Shown one piece after another: positions 19,716 through 29,083 of a stretch of DNA of 64,000 nucleotides. How positions within the stretch are numbered: position 1 is the first letter of the stretch; each line of letters opens with the position of its first letter. A program made the position numbers and the translations under genes. Below the pieces are notes generated by a model, which worked only from the letters and a program-made list of their open reading frames with translations, searched no databases and was not told the origin of the DNA. This DNA comes from a virus: the IMG/VR virus record IMGVR_UViG_3300044641_002725; one strand, given 5' to 3'.

Positions 19716-20195
19716 ATGAAACTTATTCTCAGAGCAAAAGGGGTAGCATTAACGCCAAAAGAAAGAAAAATCTTAAAGATGGCTACGCATTTTTATGCTA
19801 GTCGTCTGATGAGTGAACGATTGTCGAATTCGTTAGAAATTGATATAAACATCATAAAAGATTTCTACACAAAAAACAAAATACTAGGCGAAGCATTTCC
19901 AAAAGATGATTGTCTTGGATTGCCTAGCAACAAAAAATTTGTAATTAATCTTGAATGGAGTAAACTTGGCAAGCGTGTTTTACAATGCCTTGCACATGAG
20001 ATGGTTCACGTAAAGCAATACGCTAAAGGTGAATTGAAATTCCATGAAAAAGGAAACATGGTAACGTTCCAGCGAGAACAATACCAAGGCGATGAATATT
20101 GGGAATCACTATGGGAGATTGAAGCATATGGACGTGAAGTCGGACTCTATCAAAAATTTAGACCTACCTTTAAACTACTTAAAAAAGAAATTTGA
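19716..20195 (+). CDS. HExxH zinc metallopeptidase-like protein
   Basis: LAHEMVHVKQY...WEIEAY. Confidence 0.75.
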   Translation: MKLILRAKGVALTPKERKILKMATHFYASRLMSERLSNSLEIDINIIKDFYTKNKILGEAFPKDDCLGLPSNKKFVINLEWSKLGKRVLQCLAHEMVHVKQYAKGELKFHEKGNMVTFQREQYQGDEYWESLWEIEAYGREVGLYQKFRPTFKLLKKEI

Positions 20196-20196
20196 A

Positions 20197-20484
20197 ATGA
20201 TAAAAGTTACAGAATGGTATAATTGGATTGTACGTCAGTTTGGAGAAATCTGCGGTTGGATTGGATTGATTCTAATTCATGGTTCTACAGTACCAGTAAC
20301 GTACTTAGCAATTCAAGGTGAACCTACCATATTACCACCATTAAGCATGGTGATTCTAATTTGGTCAGGTTTGTTGCTATTCTTCATTCGATCTGCTATA
20401 ATGAAAGATAAGTTATACATGTTATCAAACGGTATTGGATTTTTCATGCAAAGTATTATGTTAGCATTCTTGGTGTTAAAATGA
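20197..20484 (+). CDS. 3-TM membrane protein (PQ-loop/SemiSWEET-like topology)
   Basis: three hydrophobic segments. Confidence 0.6.
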   Translation: MIKVTEWYNWIVRQFGEICGWIGLILIHGSTVPVTYLAIQGEPTILPPLSMVILIWSGLLLFFIRSAIMKDKLYMLSNGIGFFMQSIMLAFLVLK

Positions 20485-20678
20485 GTGTAGACAGTATCAG
20501 AGCATACAATGATAAAATGTATAATCAGCTTCTACTCAATAAAACTGATAGAAGAATTGATGAACTACGTTTGGAAGAACGTAGAGTTAAACATCTACGT
20601 GAAGTGTCAGAACAAGCACGTATTGAAATGAATCGTAGAATGAATCGTCCTGGACAGAATGTAGATAAATTATGCTGA
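20481..20678 (+). CDS. hypothetical protein
   Basis: overlapping ORF in operon. Confidence 0.6.
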   Translation: MSVDSIRAYNDKMYNQLLLNKTDRRIDELRLEERRVKHLREVSEQARIEMNRRMNRPGQNVDKLC

Positions 20679-21010
20679 TTTACACATATCAAAAATCAAA
20701 GAAGAAAAAAACTCCTGCAAAGAAAGTTGCAGAGTATGAGACTTGGCTAAAGAATCTTCCTACCACTTCATTCTCTAAAGGCACCAAAAAGCCTAAGACA
20801 GTAGAAGCATACAAACCACCAAAAGCACACATTCGTGAAACGCCTAACTATCCTAGTTTAGCTACGGCTGGTGACAATTGCACTAAGCCTATTCATGGCA
20901 AAGTCTATACCGGCGACAAGATGATTGGCATCGGCACACTACACAAAAGCAATGCAGTTCCTATTTTCTCTGATGATGACGCAAAAGACCAGGCATTGAT
21001 GCGAAGATAA
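20672..21010 (+). CDS. conserved basic hypothetical protein
   Basis: VYTGDKMIGIGTLHKSNAVPIFS...MRR C-terminus. Confidence 0.7.
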   Translation: MLIYTYQKSKKKKTPAKKVAEYETWLKNLPTTSFSKGTKKPKTVEAYKPPKAHIRETPNYPSLATAGDNCTKPIHGKVYTGDKMIGIGTLHKSNAVPIFSDDDAKDQALMRR

Positions 21011-21011
21011 T

Positions 21012-21044
21012 TATAAATAGGTCTATAGCAACGACAGACCTATT
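21012..21044 (+). promoter_or_regulatory. T4 late promoter embedded in a translation-blocking hairpin
   Basis: TATAAATA 21012-21019; AATAGGTCT/AGACCTATT inverted repeat abutting ATG. Confidence 0.7.
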
Positions 21045-22271
21045 ATGTTTAAATTTAAAGAATATCTTATTGAGAAGAAAAACACTCACATGGAACATGC
21101 GGAAGACGATGTTCTGAATGGTGGTGTTGAAGGAACTAGAGATAGCATAAACGCACTCAGAGCGGTGCGTGATATGCTTGCTGGACATTCCAAAAACAAA
21201 GTTGACATTTCAGTCAAGTGGGATGGTGCGCCAGCAGTCTTTGCAGGACAAGACCCAACAGACGGCAAATTCTTTGTTGCGAAGAAGGGTGTCTTCAATA
21301 AAAATCCCAAAGTATACAAAACTCCAGCAGAAGTTGATGCGGACACATCTGGTGATTTAGCAGACAAACTCAAAGCATGTTTGATGTATTTGCCTAAGAT
21401 CAACATCAAAGGCGTTATTCAAGGCGACTTGCTATTCACACAAGCAGACTTGAAGACAGAAACAATCGAAGGTGAATCATACGTCACGTTTCACCCAAAC
21501 ACCCTAGTCTATGCAGTACCGTCAGAAAGTGATCTTGCTAGAGAGATAAAACGTGCTAAAATTGGAATTGTCTGGCACACATTTTACGAAGGCGATACAT
21601 TCGAAACAATGTCAGCAGTCTTCGGCAAAGACATTCTAAGTACACTCACAAAGACACCAAACGTTTGGATGACAAGTGCAGTCTATCAAGACGTATCGGG
21701 CAAAGCTACGTTGACACAATCAGAGACAGACCAAGTCACAGCAATTCTATCTGAAGCAGGAAAGATATTCAGAAAGCTAGATGCACCAACACTAAACTAC
21801 ATCAATACAGACGAAGACTTGATTGAAAGAATCAAGACATTCAACAATTCAAAAGTACGTCAGCAGTTGAAAATCACTAACGTCAAGACACACGTTGCCG
21901 AGTTGATTCAATACATAGAAGATTACTACGAGAAACAAGCTGAAGGCAAAGGTGAACGTGGTCGTGCTACTCAGATGTTGAAGAAAAGCAAAGTGCTTAA
22001 ATTCTTCTCACCAAAAAACAAATCACACTTAGAAGATATTTTCACAATGATGAATCTCTTAGCAGAAGCTAAGTTAATTTTGATTAAGAAGATGGATGAA
22101 GTCAAGACGCTGAATACTTTCTTGTTGACAAAGAAAGGTTACGAAGTGACTGGTGTTGAGGGTTATGTTGCAATTGACAAGATCAAAGGCAATGCAGTCA
22201 AGTTAGTTGACAGAATGCAATTCAGCTACGCAAACTTCTCACCAGATATTATCAAAGGCTGGCAGAGATAA
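21045..22271 (+). CDS. DUF6267-type protein, RNA-ligase-like covalent nucleotidyltransferase fold
   Basis: KNTHMEH; VKWDG (motif I), IQGDL, EGYV, VKLVDR. Confidence 0.65.
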   Translation: MFKFKEYLIEKKNTHMEHAEDDVLNGGVEGTRDSINALRAVRDMLAGHSKNKVDISVKWDGAPAVFAGQDPTDGKFFVAKKGVFNKNPKVYKTPAEVDADTSGDLADKLKACLMYLPKINIKGVIQGDLLFTQADLKTETIEGESYVTFHPNTLVYAVPSESDLAREIKRAKIGIVWHTFYEGDTFETMSAVFGKDILSTLTKTPNVWMTSAVYQDVSGKATLTQSETDQVTAILSEAGKIFRKLDAPTLNYINTDEDLIERIKTFNNSKVRQQLKITNVKTHVAELIQYIEDYYEKQAEGKGERGRATQMLKKSKVLKFFSPKNKSHLEDIFTMMNLLAEAKLILIKKMDEVKTLNTFLLTKKGYEVTGVEGYVAIDKIKGNAVKLVDRMQFSYANFSPDIIKGWQR

Positions 22272-22337
22272 CGTATAGTCTAATCTGAAACCAGACACAT
22301 TTATGTATACATTCGGTAACTGTATTTAACGGCAAAT

Positions 22338-22721
22338 ATGTCATATTCTCAAAAAGTTTTAGATCACTATGAAAATCCCAGGAATGTCGGATCTTTTGAC
22401 AAGACTGATGCTGATATTGGCACTGGTATTGTTGGCGCACCTGCTTGCGGTGATGTTATGAAACTTCAAATTAAAGTAGAAGAAGGAATAATTATAGATG
22501 CAAAATTCAAAACGTATGGATGTGGAAGTGCAATTGCAAGTTCCAGTCTTGTCACAGAGTGGGTCAAGGGCAGAACACTTGACGAAGCAGGAAAGATATC
22601 TAATTCACAAATTGCTGAAGAACTTGCCTTACCACCGGTTAAAATTCATTGTTCAATACTTGCAGAAGATGCTATAAAGGCGGCTATAAATGATTACAAT
22701 AACAGATGTTGCAAAGTCTAA
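22338..22721 (+). CDS. iscU: Fe-S cluster scaffold IscU
   Basis: YSQKVLDHYENPRNVG, APACGDVM, GCGSAIASSS, LPPVKIHCS. Confidence 0.97.
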   Translation: MSYSQKVLDHYENPRNVGSFDKTDADIGTGIVGAPACGDVMKLQIKVEEGIIIDAKFKTYGCGSAIASSSLVTEWVKGRTLDEAGKISNSQIAEELALPPVKIHCSILAEDAIKAAINDYNNRCCKV

Positions 22722-23013
22722 AATCATAGACTTGTTACGAGAAGAAAACAATCCAAACATTTCACTACGAACGTTTGTTGTGGGTGGTGGATGTTCTGGA
22801 TTTAATTACGGATTTACAATGGACGAAGTTAAGAATGAAGATGATTTTGAATTTCCTCTAGATGAATTCAGAGTCTTAGTTGATGCAATGAGTATGCAAT
22901 ATTTACAAGATGCAAACATAGACTACAAAGATGAGTTTATGCGAAAAGAATTTGTGATTACTAATCCAAATGCAAAACATACTTGCGGTTGTGGCAGTAG
23001 TTTTAGTGTATAA
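22690..23013 (+). CDS. erpA: A-type Fe-S carrier (ErpA/IscA)
   Basis: GGGCSGFNYGF...NPNAKHTCGCGSSF. Confidence 0.9.
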   Translation: MITITDVAKSKIIDLLREENNPNISLRTFVVGGGCSGFNYGFTMDEVKNEDDFEFPLDEFRVLVDAMSMQYLQDANIDYKDEFMRKEFVITNPNAKHTCGCGSSFSV

Positions 23014-23035
23014 TAATTAAAAGACGGAGAGTAAT

Positions 23036-24322
23036 ATGGCAGGTTTAAGCATTTCAGAACTTAAAAAACGTCCAGGCAGAATAGAGACTTTTGCAACAAA
23101 ATTAAAACAGGGATCAGCATTTGCCATGGCACCATCTGGTAGTATTATTGCCGAGACTGTTATCATAAATGATAAAGTTTATGATAAGAACGACACCGCA
23201 AAAATAATTAAAGCAATAGAAATGGCTAAAAAAATAGTGCTTGTTTCTAAAAAAGGCGATTCTGCGCCTATAGGTAAACTATTGAAATCTAGCGAATTTG
23301 GAGGTAGTGGCGGCTCTCCAGGAGAAACCGCTAAAGGAAATCGTGGTGATATGGCAGAGGCTATATTTGCAGCCGCAATTACGGCTAGATTTATGACTAA
23401 AAATCAAAATGTTACCCCAATTCATATTCATGCATTATTGGATAAACTCCGCACAGATAAGATGCAACAAACGCACGAATACGAAGGATTAAATATGAAT
23501 CCAAAAATTATAGATTCTGTCACATTAAAAGTGGGTTTAGCTATTTCAAATTTAGTTGCCCTTCAAGATAGAACAATTCGTGCATCATTATCGGATGTTG
23601 TAGCATCTGCAATAAAATATGCAAATGCTCCTATTGTAGTGAAGTGGGCTAAGATGTTATATGAAAATAACCAAAAAAACGCTATTGAAATTATTGCGGA
23701 TGGTATTGGCGATCAGACGGGAACAAAAGTTGACGTTAGATTAAGAATTGATAATATTGCTACAAATATTAATGTGTCGCTAAAAGCTGGAGACGTAAAG
23801 CAGTTTGGTCAAGTCAGCGGCGCTGGTTTTGACAAGCAAGAATATCTTTGGAAAACACTTGCGGGACTAAATGTCTCAGCAGTAGAAGCCGAGTACGTAA
23901 AACTTTTATCGCAAAAAAAAGCATTAAAATCCATTGAAACTTCATATGGTGAGGCGGCTGATAAATTTAATGCTGAAATTAAAACTTCTGAAAAGAATGC
24001 GTATAAAAAACTAGCATCTGGTATTAAGTTCTTTGCAACAATGGATGAAGAGAACGTTACATTAGTTCAACTTAACAAAGAAGAGGCTAAAATATATACA
24101 TTTGATGTATTATTTACTGCACTTCAAGCAAATAAAACAAAAATAACAGCTAAATTAAATACGTCAAAATCTTATCCTGAAGTTAATTTTGAGAACGATA
24201 CAGGTGAAATTCTATTGACTGTCAGAGCAAAAACAGAAAATAAGCCAAGTGGAGAACAATACATAAGAAATTATGTAGAGAAGGGTCCGTTGATGGGTAA
24301 GTTAGTTGCGACTTACGCATAA
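23036..24322 (+). CDS. hypothetical protein, possible restriction-endonuclease-like fold
   Basis: GDMAE...KVDV...NVSLK motif; 428 aa; GGAG RBS. Confidence 0.5.
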   Translation: MAGLSISELKKRPGRIETFATKLKQGSAFAMAPSGSIIAETVIINDKVYDKNDTAKIIKAIEMAKKIVLVSKKGDSAPIGKLLKSSEFGGSGGSPGETAKGNRGDMAEAIFAAAITARFMTKNQNVTPIHIHALLDKLRTDKMQQTHEYEGLNMNPKIIDSVTLKVGLAISNLVALQDRTIRASLSDVVASAIKYANAPIVVKWAKMLYENNQKNAIEIIADGIGDQTGTKVDVRLRIDNIATNINVSLKAGDVKQFGQVSGAGFDKQEYLWKTLAGLNVSAVEAEYVKLLSQKKALKSIETSYGEAADKFNAEIKTSEKNAYKKLASGIKFFATMDEENVTLVQLNKEEAKIYTFDVLFTALQANKTKITAKLNTSKSYPEVNFENDTGEILLTVRAKTENKPSGEQYIRNYVEKGPLMGKLVATYA

Positions 24323-24359
24323 GTTGCAACTGCTAAGGATATATGAAATTCATATAAAT

Positions 24360-24367
24360 TATAAATA
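24360..24367 (+). promoter_or_regulatory. T4-type late promoter
   Basis: TATAAATA. Confidence 0.75.
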
Positions 24368-24430
24368 AACTATAACGCAGTTAGGCTACGGCAAACCTGT
24401 ACAGATAAGTCTACGGAAAACTCTAAAAAC

Positions 24431-27037
24431 ATGAAAACATTCAAGGCTTCTTTAACAGAAGCAACAAAATCGCAAGTTGTAGTCTCATTTGGGCGCATGA
24501 ACCCAATGACAAATGGCCACGAAAAACTTGCCGACAAAATCAAAGCAGAAGCAAAAAAGCGTAACGCTGATGCTAAACTGTATCTATCGCACAGCACAAA
24601 TCCAAAAAAAGATCCACTAGACTTTAAGACTAAAGTTAAGTTTGCAAAGAAAGCATTTGGACCAATGGTTCAAAATTCTGTTGCAAGAACAATCATTGAA
24701 GTCGCAAAAGAACTTAGTGGCAAGTATGATGATTTAATTGTGGTTGTTGGTAGCGATAGAATTCCAGAGTTTAAGACTTTACTCAATAAGTACAATGGAA
24801 AAGATTATACTTTTAAAACTATTGAAGTTGTTTCAGCAGGCGAACGTGATCCAGATGCAGAGGGTGTTTCTGGTATGTCAGGTTCTAAGATGCGTGGATT
24901 TGTCGCATCCGACGACTTCAACAGTTTTAAGCAAGGTGTGCCATCAAAATTATCTGACTCAGATGCCAAAGCATTGTTTGATGCAGTTAAAAGGGGAATG
25001 AATTTGAAAGAAGAACTAGAACAACAAGACGAAGCAGTTCTTGGCTATGCACAGCGTAGACAAAGAGCGCAACAGTTTAGACGAATTCAAAAACGTCTAA
25101 TACGAGCAAGAGCATTTCAAGCAAAACGCTTTGCTGATCCTAAGAGATTAAAAAGAAGAGCCGCTAAAATGGCATATCAATTCTTCAGAGGGCGTCTTTC
25201 TGGTGGTAAGAACTATGCGGGCTTAAGTGCTGGAGAAAAAATCACAGTAGACACAAGATTGCAGAAGATGTTACCTGCAATTAAGAAGTTTGCAGTACGT
25301 TTAGTACCAGCCGCTAGAAGCAAAGAAGTTATGCGTAGACAAAGCATGATGATGAGAAAAGAAGATTTGAATCATATCTTTGCAGAATTCATTGTTGAGA
25401 AGCCAACTGTACCACAAGACAGAGATGTTAAAGACAGAGAGGGCACACAGCCTAAAGCCTATTATGCTGGCGTAAGCAAAGACGATAAAGACGCAAGAGC
25501 GGCACACTTTGAAAGAAATACTCCTAAGTCAGATTCTGACAAGAGTGCATATGCAGACGCACCTGGCGATAAAGAAGCTAGAGAAAAAGGTATGAAACAA
25601 TCAAAGCATACACTCAAATTCAAACAGATGTATGGTGAAGCAGTAAAAACACCAGAAGACAGAAAAGAAATTTCTAGACTAGACCAATTGGTTCGTTTGG
25701 GATTAGCAGACACAAAATCTCTTACAGTTATTAAGCGTTCAGTTGAGAAACTAAAATCTGGTGACATGTTAAATCCAGCAGAGCGTAATGTCACAAATGA
25801 TTTGTTGACAACGCTACTTGATATGGTAACATCAAGTGATGCATTGTTCAGAATGACTAAGACTCAGCTACAGAAAGAGTCTATTGATGAAGCCGCATAC
25901 AAAGGCAACATTGGTGCAATGGAAATGATGAAGTTCTTCCAAGTTGCAACGCCACAAGAAAAAGAAAAACTCAAAAAACTTATTGCAGATAAGAATCAAT
26001 CAGCCGCTTGGAAAATGATTCAAGACGTTACTGGTATGAAACTCATGGGCGAAGAAGATGAGTATGATTACGAAGAGACTGATGGTCTTTCAATGGCACA
26101 AATCGAAGTGTCTAACATGATTCAAGACGCAGAAGAATTACTTGAAATGATGGATCAACTGGATGAAGAGCCAGATGCTTGGGTATTATCTAAGATTACT
26201 AAAGCGGCTGACTACATTTCAACAGTACGTGATTACTTAGAATTCGAAGATGACTTTGATTACGAAGGTGACGAAGACGAAGAAGAAGACGATGGTGAAT
26301 TCTCTGGTGCAGAGTTGGATATGTACGCAAGCGAAATGGGACCAGATGAGTTTGGTGATGGGTATGAAGACTTCAGACCGATTCTAGAAGAAATTGAAGG
26401 CTTGAAAAAGAAATCAGAAAAATCAGGTATTGCTTATGGTATTCTCAAAGCAGTTTACGACAGAGGCATGGCCGCATGGAAAACTGGACATAGACCAGGA
26501 ACAACTGCACAGCAATGGGCATTCGCTAGAGTGAACTCATTTATTACAAAAGGCTCTGGCACGTGGGGAAAAGCTGATAGCGACTTAGCCGCTAAAGTTA
26601 GAAGCAACGAAGAGTTTTCTAAATTTGCTGAAGCGTTAGAGTACGGAACAGATGCATTGCGTAAGAAGTATGCAAAAGATACACCAGGACAATCTGAAGA
26701 AACATGTTGTGATGATTGTGAAGATGAAATCACAGAAGATGTTGATTGGGAAAAAATTGTTAACGAAGCAGAATATCAAGGTAAGTCTGTTAAGTTAAAT
26801 GATCCATTTAGAACGCCTGATGGCCCTAAGAAGTTTGGTGTCTACACTATGGGTCCAAATGGTAACGTAGTTATTGTTCGTTTCGGTGATCCCAATATGG
26901 AAATCAAGCGTGATGATCCAGACCGTAGAGCAAGTTTCAGAGCAAGACATGGTTGTGATGATGACCCAGGACCAAAGTACAAAGCAAAATACTGGTCGTG
27001 TTATCAATGGCGTGCAGGCGCTAAAGTAGATAGTTAA
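24431..27037 (+). CDS. multidomain protein: N-terminal HIGH-family (cytidylyl/nucleotidyl)transferase plus many appended small domains; probable internal head protein
   Basis: FGRMNPMTNGHEKL, VVGSDR, SAGERDPD, MSGSKMR; N-terminal MKTFKASLTE; repeated hydrophobic-x-E sites. Confidence 0.75.
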   Translation: MKTFKASLTEATKSQVVVSFGRMNPMTNGHEKLADKIKAEAKKRNADAKLYLSHSTNPKKDPLDFKTKVKFAKKAFGPMVQNSVARTIIEVAKELSGKYDDLIVVVGSDRIPEFKTLLNKYNGKDYTFKTIEVVSAGERDPDAEGVSGMSGSKMRGFVASDDFNSFKQGVPSKLSDSDAKALFDAVKRGMNLKEELEQQDEAVLGYAQRRQRAQQFRRIQKRLIRARAFQAKRFADPKRLKRRAAKMAYQFFRGRLSGGKNYAGLSAGEKITVDTRLQKMLPAIKKFAVRLVPAARSKEVMRRQSMMMRKEDLNHIFAEFIVEKPTVPQDRDVKDREGTQPKAYYAGVSKDDKDARAAHFERNTPKSDSDKSAYADAPGDKEAREKGMKQSKHTLKFKQMYGEAVKTPEDRKEISRLDQLVRLGLADTKSLTVIKRSVEKLKSGDMLNPAERNVTNDLLTTLLDMVTSSDALFRMTKTQLQKESIDEAAYKGNIGAMEMMKFFQVATPQEKEKLKKLIADKNQSAAWKMIQDVTGMKLMGEEDEYDYEETDGLSMAQIEVSNMIQDAEELLEMMDQLDEEPDAWVLSKITKAADYISTVRDYLEFEDDFDYEGDEDEEEDDGEFSGAELDMYASEMGPDEFGDGYEDFRPILEEIEGLKKKSEKSGIAYGILKAVYDRGMAAWKTGHRPGTTAQQWAFARVNSFITKGSGTWGKADSDLAAKVRSNEEFSKFAEALEYGTDALRKKYAKDTPGQSEETCCDDCEDEITEDVDWEKIVNEAEYQGKSVKLNDPFRTPDGPKKFGVYTMGPNGNVVIVRFGDPNMEIKRDDPDRRASFRARHGCDDDPGPKYKAKYWSCYQWRAGAKVDS

Positions 27038-27051
27038 TTTAGGAGATATAA

Positions 27052-29082
27052 ATGTCAGATAATATTCAAGAAGCGGAAGTTGGTTCAGGCACAAAAATTT
27101 CAGATACAAAGCAATCTGAGAAACGTGCCCAATTGACATTGAAGTCAATTCAATTACGTTTGAAGCAAGAGAAAGAACGTGCCGCACTTCAACAACAAAA
27201 GAAGTCTTTACGTGTTAAAGAAGACATTGGAGAATCATTTAGCCCATCTCAGATTGCCGCTTTGAAAGCAGAGTACTCTAAGATTAATGGCATTGATCCA
27301 GCTAGTGACACATACAAGAAATTGATTGCTATGCTTGATAGATTAGATTTGAAATCTTTGCAATCTCTTGCTGGCGCTGAAATCAAGTTCGTATCTAAAC
27401 TTGCACAGAATCGTGTTATGAGAAAGAGCATGAAGAAAGAAGCAGTTGACCCATACAGTCTTCCTAATTTTAAAGATTTAAAATCAGCAATCAAACATGC
27501 TAGTGATAAAGTTAAAACTCATCGTGACCAATTAGATGGCATTGAAATATACAAAAGCAGAGGTGGTTATGATATTAATCACACATCAAATTCAAGTGGT
27601 AGAGATACAACAAAGAAGTCTGGTGGTAAACTTTTGGGAATAGTTTATAGAAATCAAAAGAACGATGGTATAATTTATAAAAATCAATATAAAAATGTTA
27701 TTGATAAAATCAAAGAAGAAGTTGAACATATTGATGAATTGTCTACGAACAAACTAGCAGACTATAAAAAGAAAGCTAGTGACTCTGCATCAGCCGCCGA
27801 CAAAGCAGGCGACACAAAGACAGGCAACAAACGTTTCTCTGGCATTATGAAAGCAACTAGAAAACAATTTGACAATGACGCAAAGAAAAGTGTGTCAGAG
27901 GCTTCACAGAGAGTTGATTCACTTGTCACAGATGCATTAAAAATAATGCAAGGTTCAGAATTAAAAGATGCTGTGCAAGCACTAAAGACTGTACTTGGAG
28001 ATAGAGAATACAATGGTCGCCGTGGTTTTTATAATTTATATGTTAAACAACTAGTTGACATGTATGGTAAGAAAGCAAACGAAGAGTTGTCACCGAAACA
28101 AAAACAGCTTGACAAGAATAAGAACGGCAAGATCGATGGTTCGGACTTAGCAAAGTTGCGTGGTGAAGAATTATCTGCAAAACAAAAAGTACTTGATAAA
28201 AACAAGAATGGTAAGATTGATGGTTCTGATTTAGCAAAGTTACGCAAAGAAGAAACTGACTTACAAGAGAAGTCTGACTACGAAGTTTATCATAAAGACT
28301 ATTCTGGTGCAGTACAGACAGCTATCAAGCAAGCGGAGAAGCGTGGCTACGAAGTAGACATGGACGATTGGCACGACAAAGTTGCTACTGGTCCTAAGAA
28401 GCCATCATCTGGTAAAACAAATTCATTCTCAATCAATTTGATGAAAGATGGCAAACCATCTAAAAAGAAATTGCAAATGCAAGTGTACAATATGGACAAT
28501 CACAAGTATGAGTTGAACATGTACATTGAAGAAGTAGAAATTGCAGAAGCTGGTCCTGGTCTTTGGGCGAATATTCAAGCAAAGCGTGAAAGAATCAAGG
28601 CAGGATCAAACGAACGCATGAGAAAGCCTGGCGAAAAGGGCGCACCAGAATCTGACGCATTAGACAGAGCAAGAGGCAAGAATGAAGCGGCATCACCAGC
28701 ACAGCAAGCGGCTATCGCTATTGCAATGAAAAAAGATGGTAAGAAGCCAAAAATGTCTGAAAGCGTTGTTGACAAAATCAAAGCAATCAAGCGTGGTCTT
28801 GAAACAAGAGCCAAAGCATCCGATCATTTCGACAAAGCGGGTGATCCAAAGAATGCAAACGCAAGCAAAGACTTGAAGAAAGCAGTTCGCTACACCAATC
28901 TTTTAAACAAAGAAGAAACTGAAATTGTGACTGAAGCTAAAAAGAAATCTTTCAAAGACGTAAAAAAGAAAATGAAAGAAGAAGAAACGCCTAACAAGTC
29001 TTCTATTAAAAAGGGTGATATGTTGACTGGTAAAAGAGAACCAATCGAAATCAATCCTGAATTGAAAGAACCAGCGAGATAA
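27052..29082 (+). CDS. modular Lys/Glu-rich protein, probable gp21-processed internal head protein
   Basis: modules bounded by IQE, IGE, IDE, VSE, LQE, IAE, VTE; two EF-hand-like repeats. Confidence 0.65.
   Translation: MSDNIQEAEVGSGTKISDTKQSEKRAQLTLKSIQLRLKQEKERAALQQQKKSLRVKEDIGESFSPSQIAALKAEYSKINGIDPASDTYKKLIAMLDRLDLKSLQSLAGAEIKFVSKLAQNRVMRKSMKKEAVDPYSLPNFKDLKSAIKHASDKVKTHRDQLDGIEIYKSRGGYDINHTSNSSGRDTTKKSGGKLLGIVYRNQKNDGIIYKNQYKNVIDKIKEEVEHIDELSTNKLADYKKKASDSASAADKAGDTKTGNKRFSGIMKATRKQFDNDAKKSVSEASQRVDSLVTDALKIMQGSELKDAVQALKTVLGDREYNGRRGFYNLYVKQLVDMYGKKANEELSPKQKQLDKNKNGKIDGSDLAKLRGEELSAKQKVLDKNKNGKIDGSDLAKLRKEETDLQEKSDYEVYHKDYSGAVQTAIKQAEKRGYEVDMDDWHDKVATGPKKPSSGKTNSFSINLMKDGKPSKKKLQMQVYNMDNHKYELNMYIEEVEIAEAGPGLWANIQAKRERIKAGSNERMRKPGEKGAPESDALDRARGKNEAASPAQQAAIAIAMKKDGKKPKMSESVVDKIKAIKRGLETRAKASDHFDKAGDPKNANASKDLKKAVRYTNLLNKEETEIVTEAKKKSFKDVKKKMKEEETPNKSSIKKGDMLTGKREPIEINPELKEPAR
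28081..28248 (+). repeat. tandem 84-nt duplication encoding EF-hand-like DKNKNGKIDGSD modules
   Basis: EELSPKQKQLDKNKNGKIDGSDLAKLRG / EELSAKQKVLDKNKNGKIDGSDLAKLRK. Confidence 0.9.
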
Positions 29083-29083
29083 A

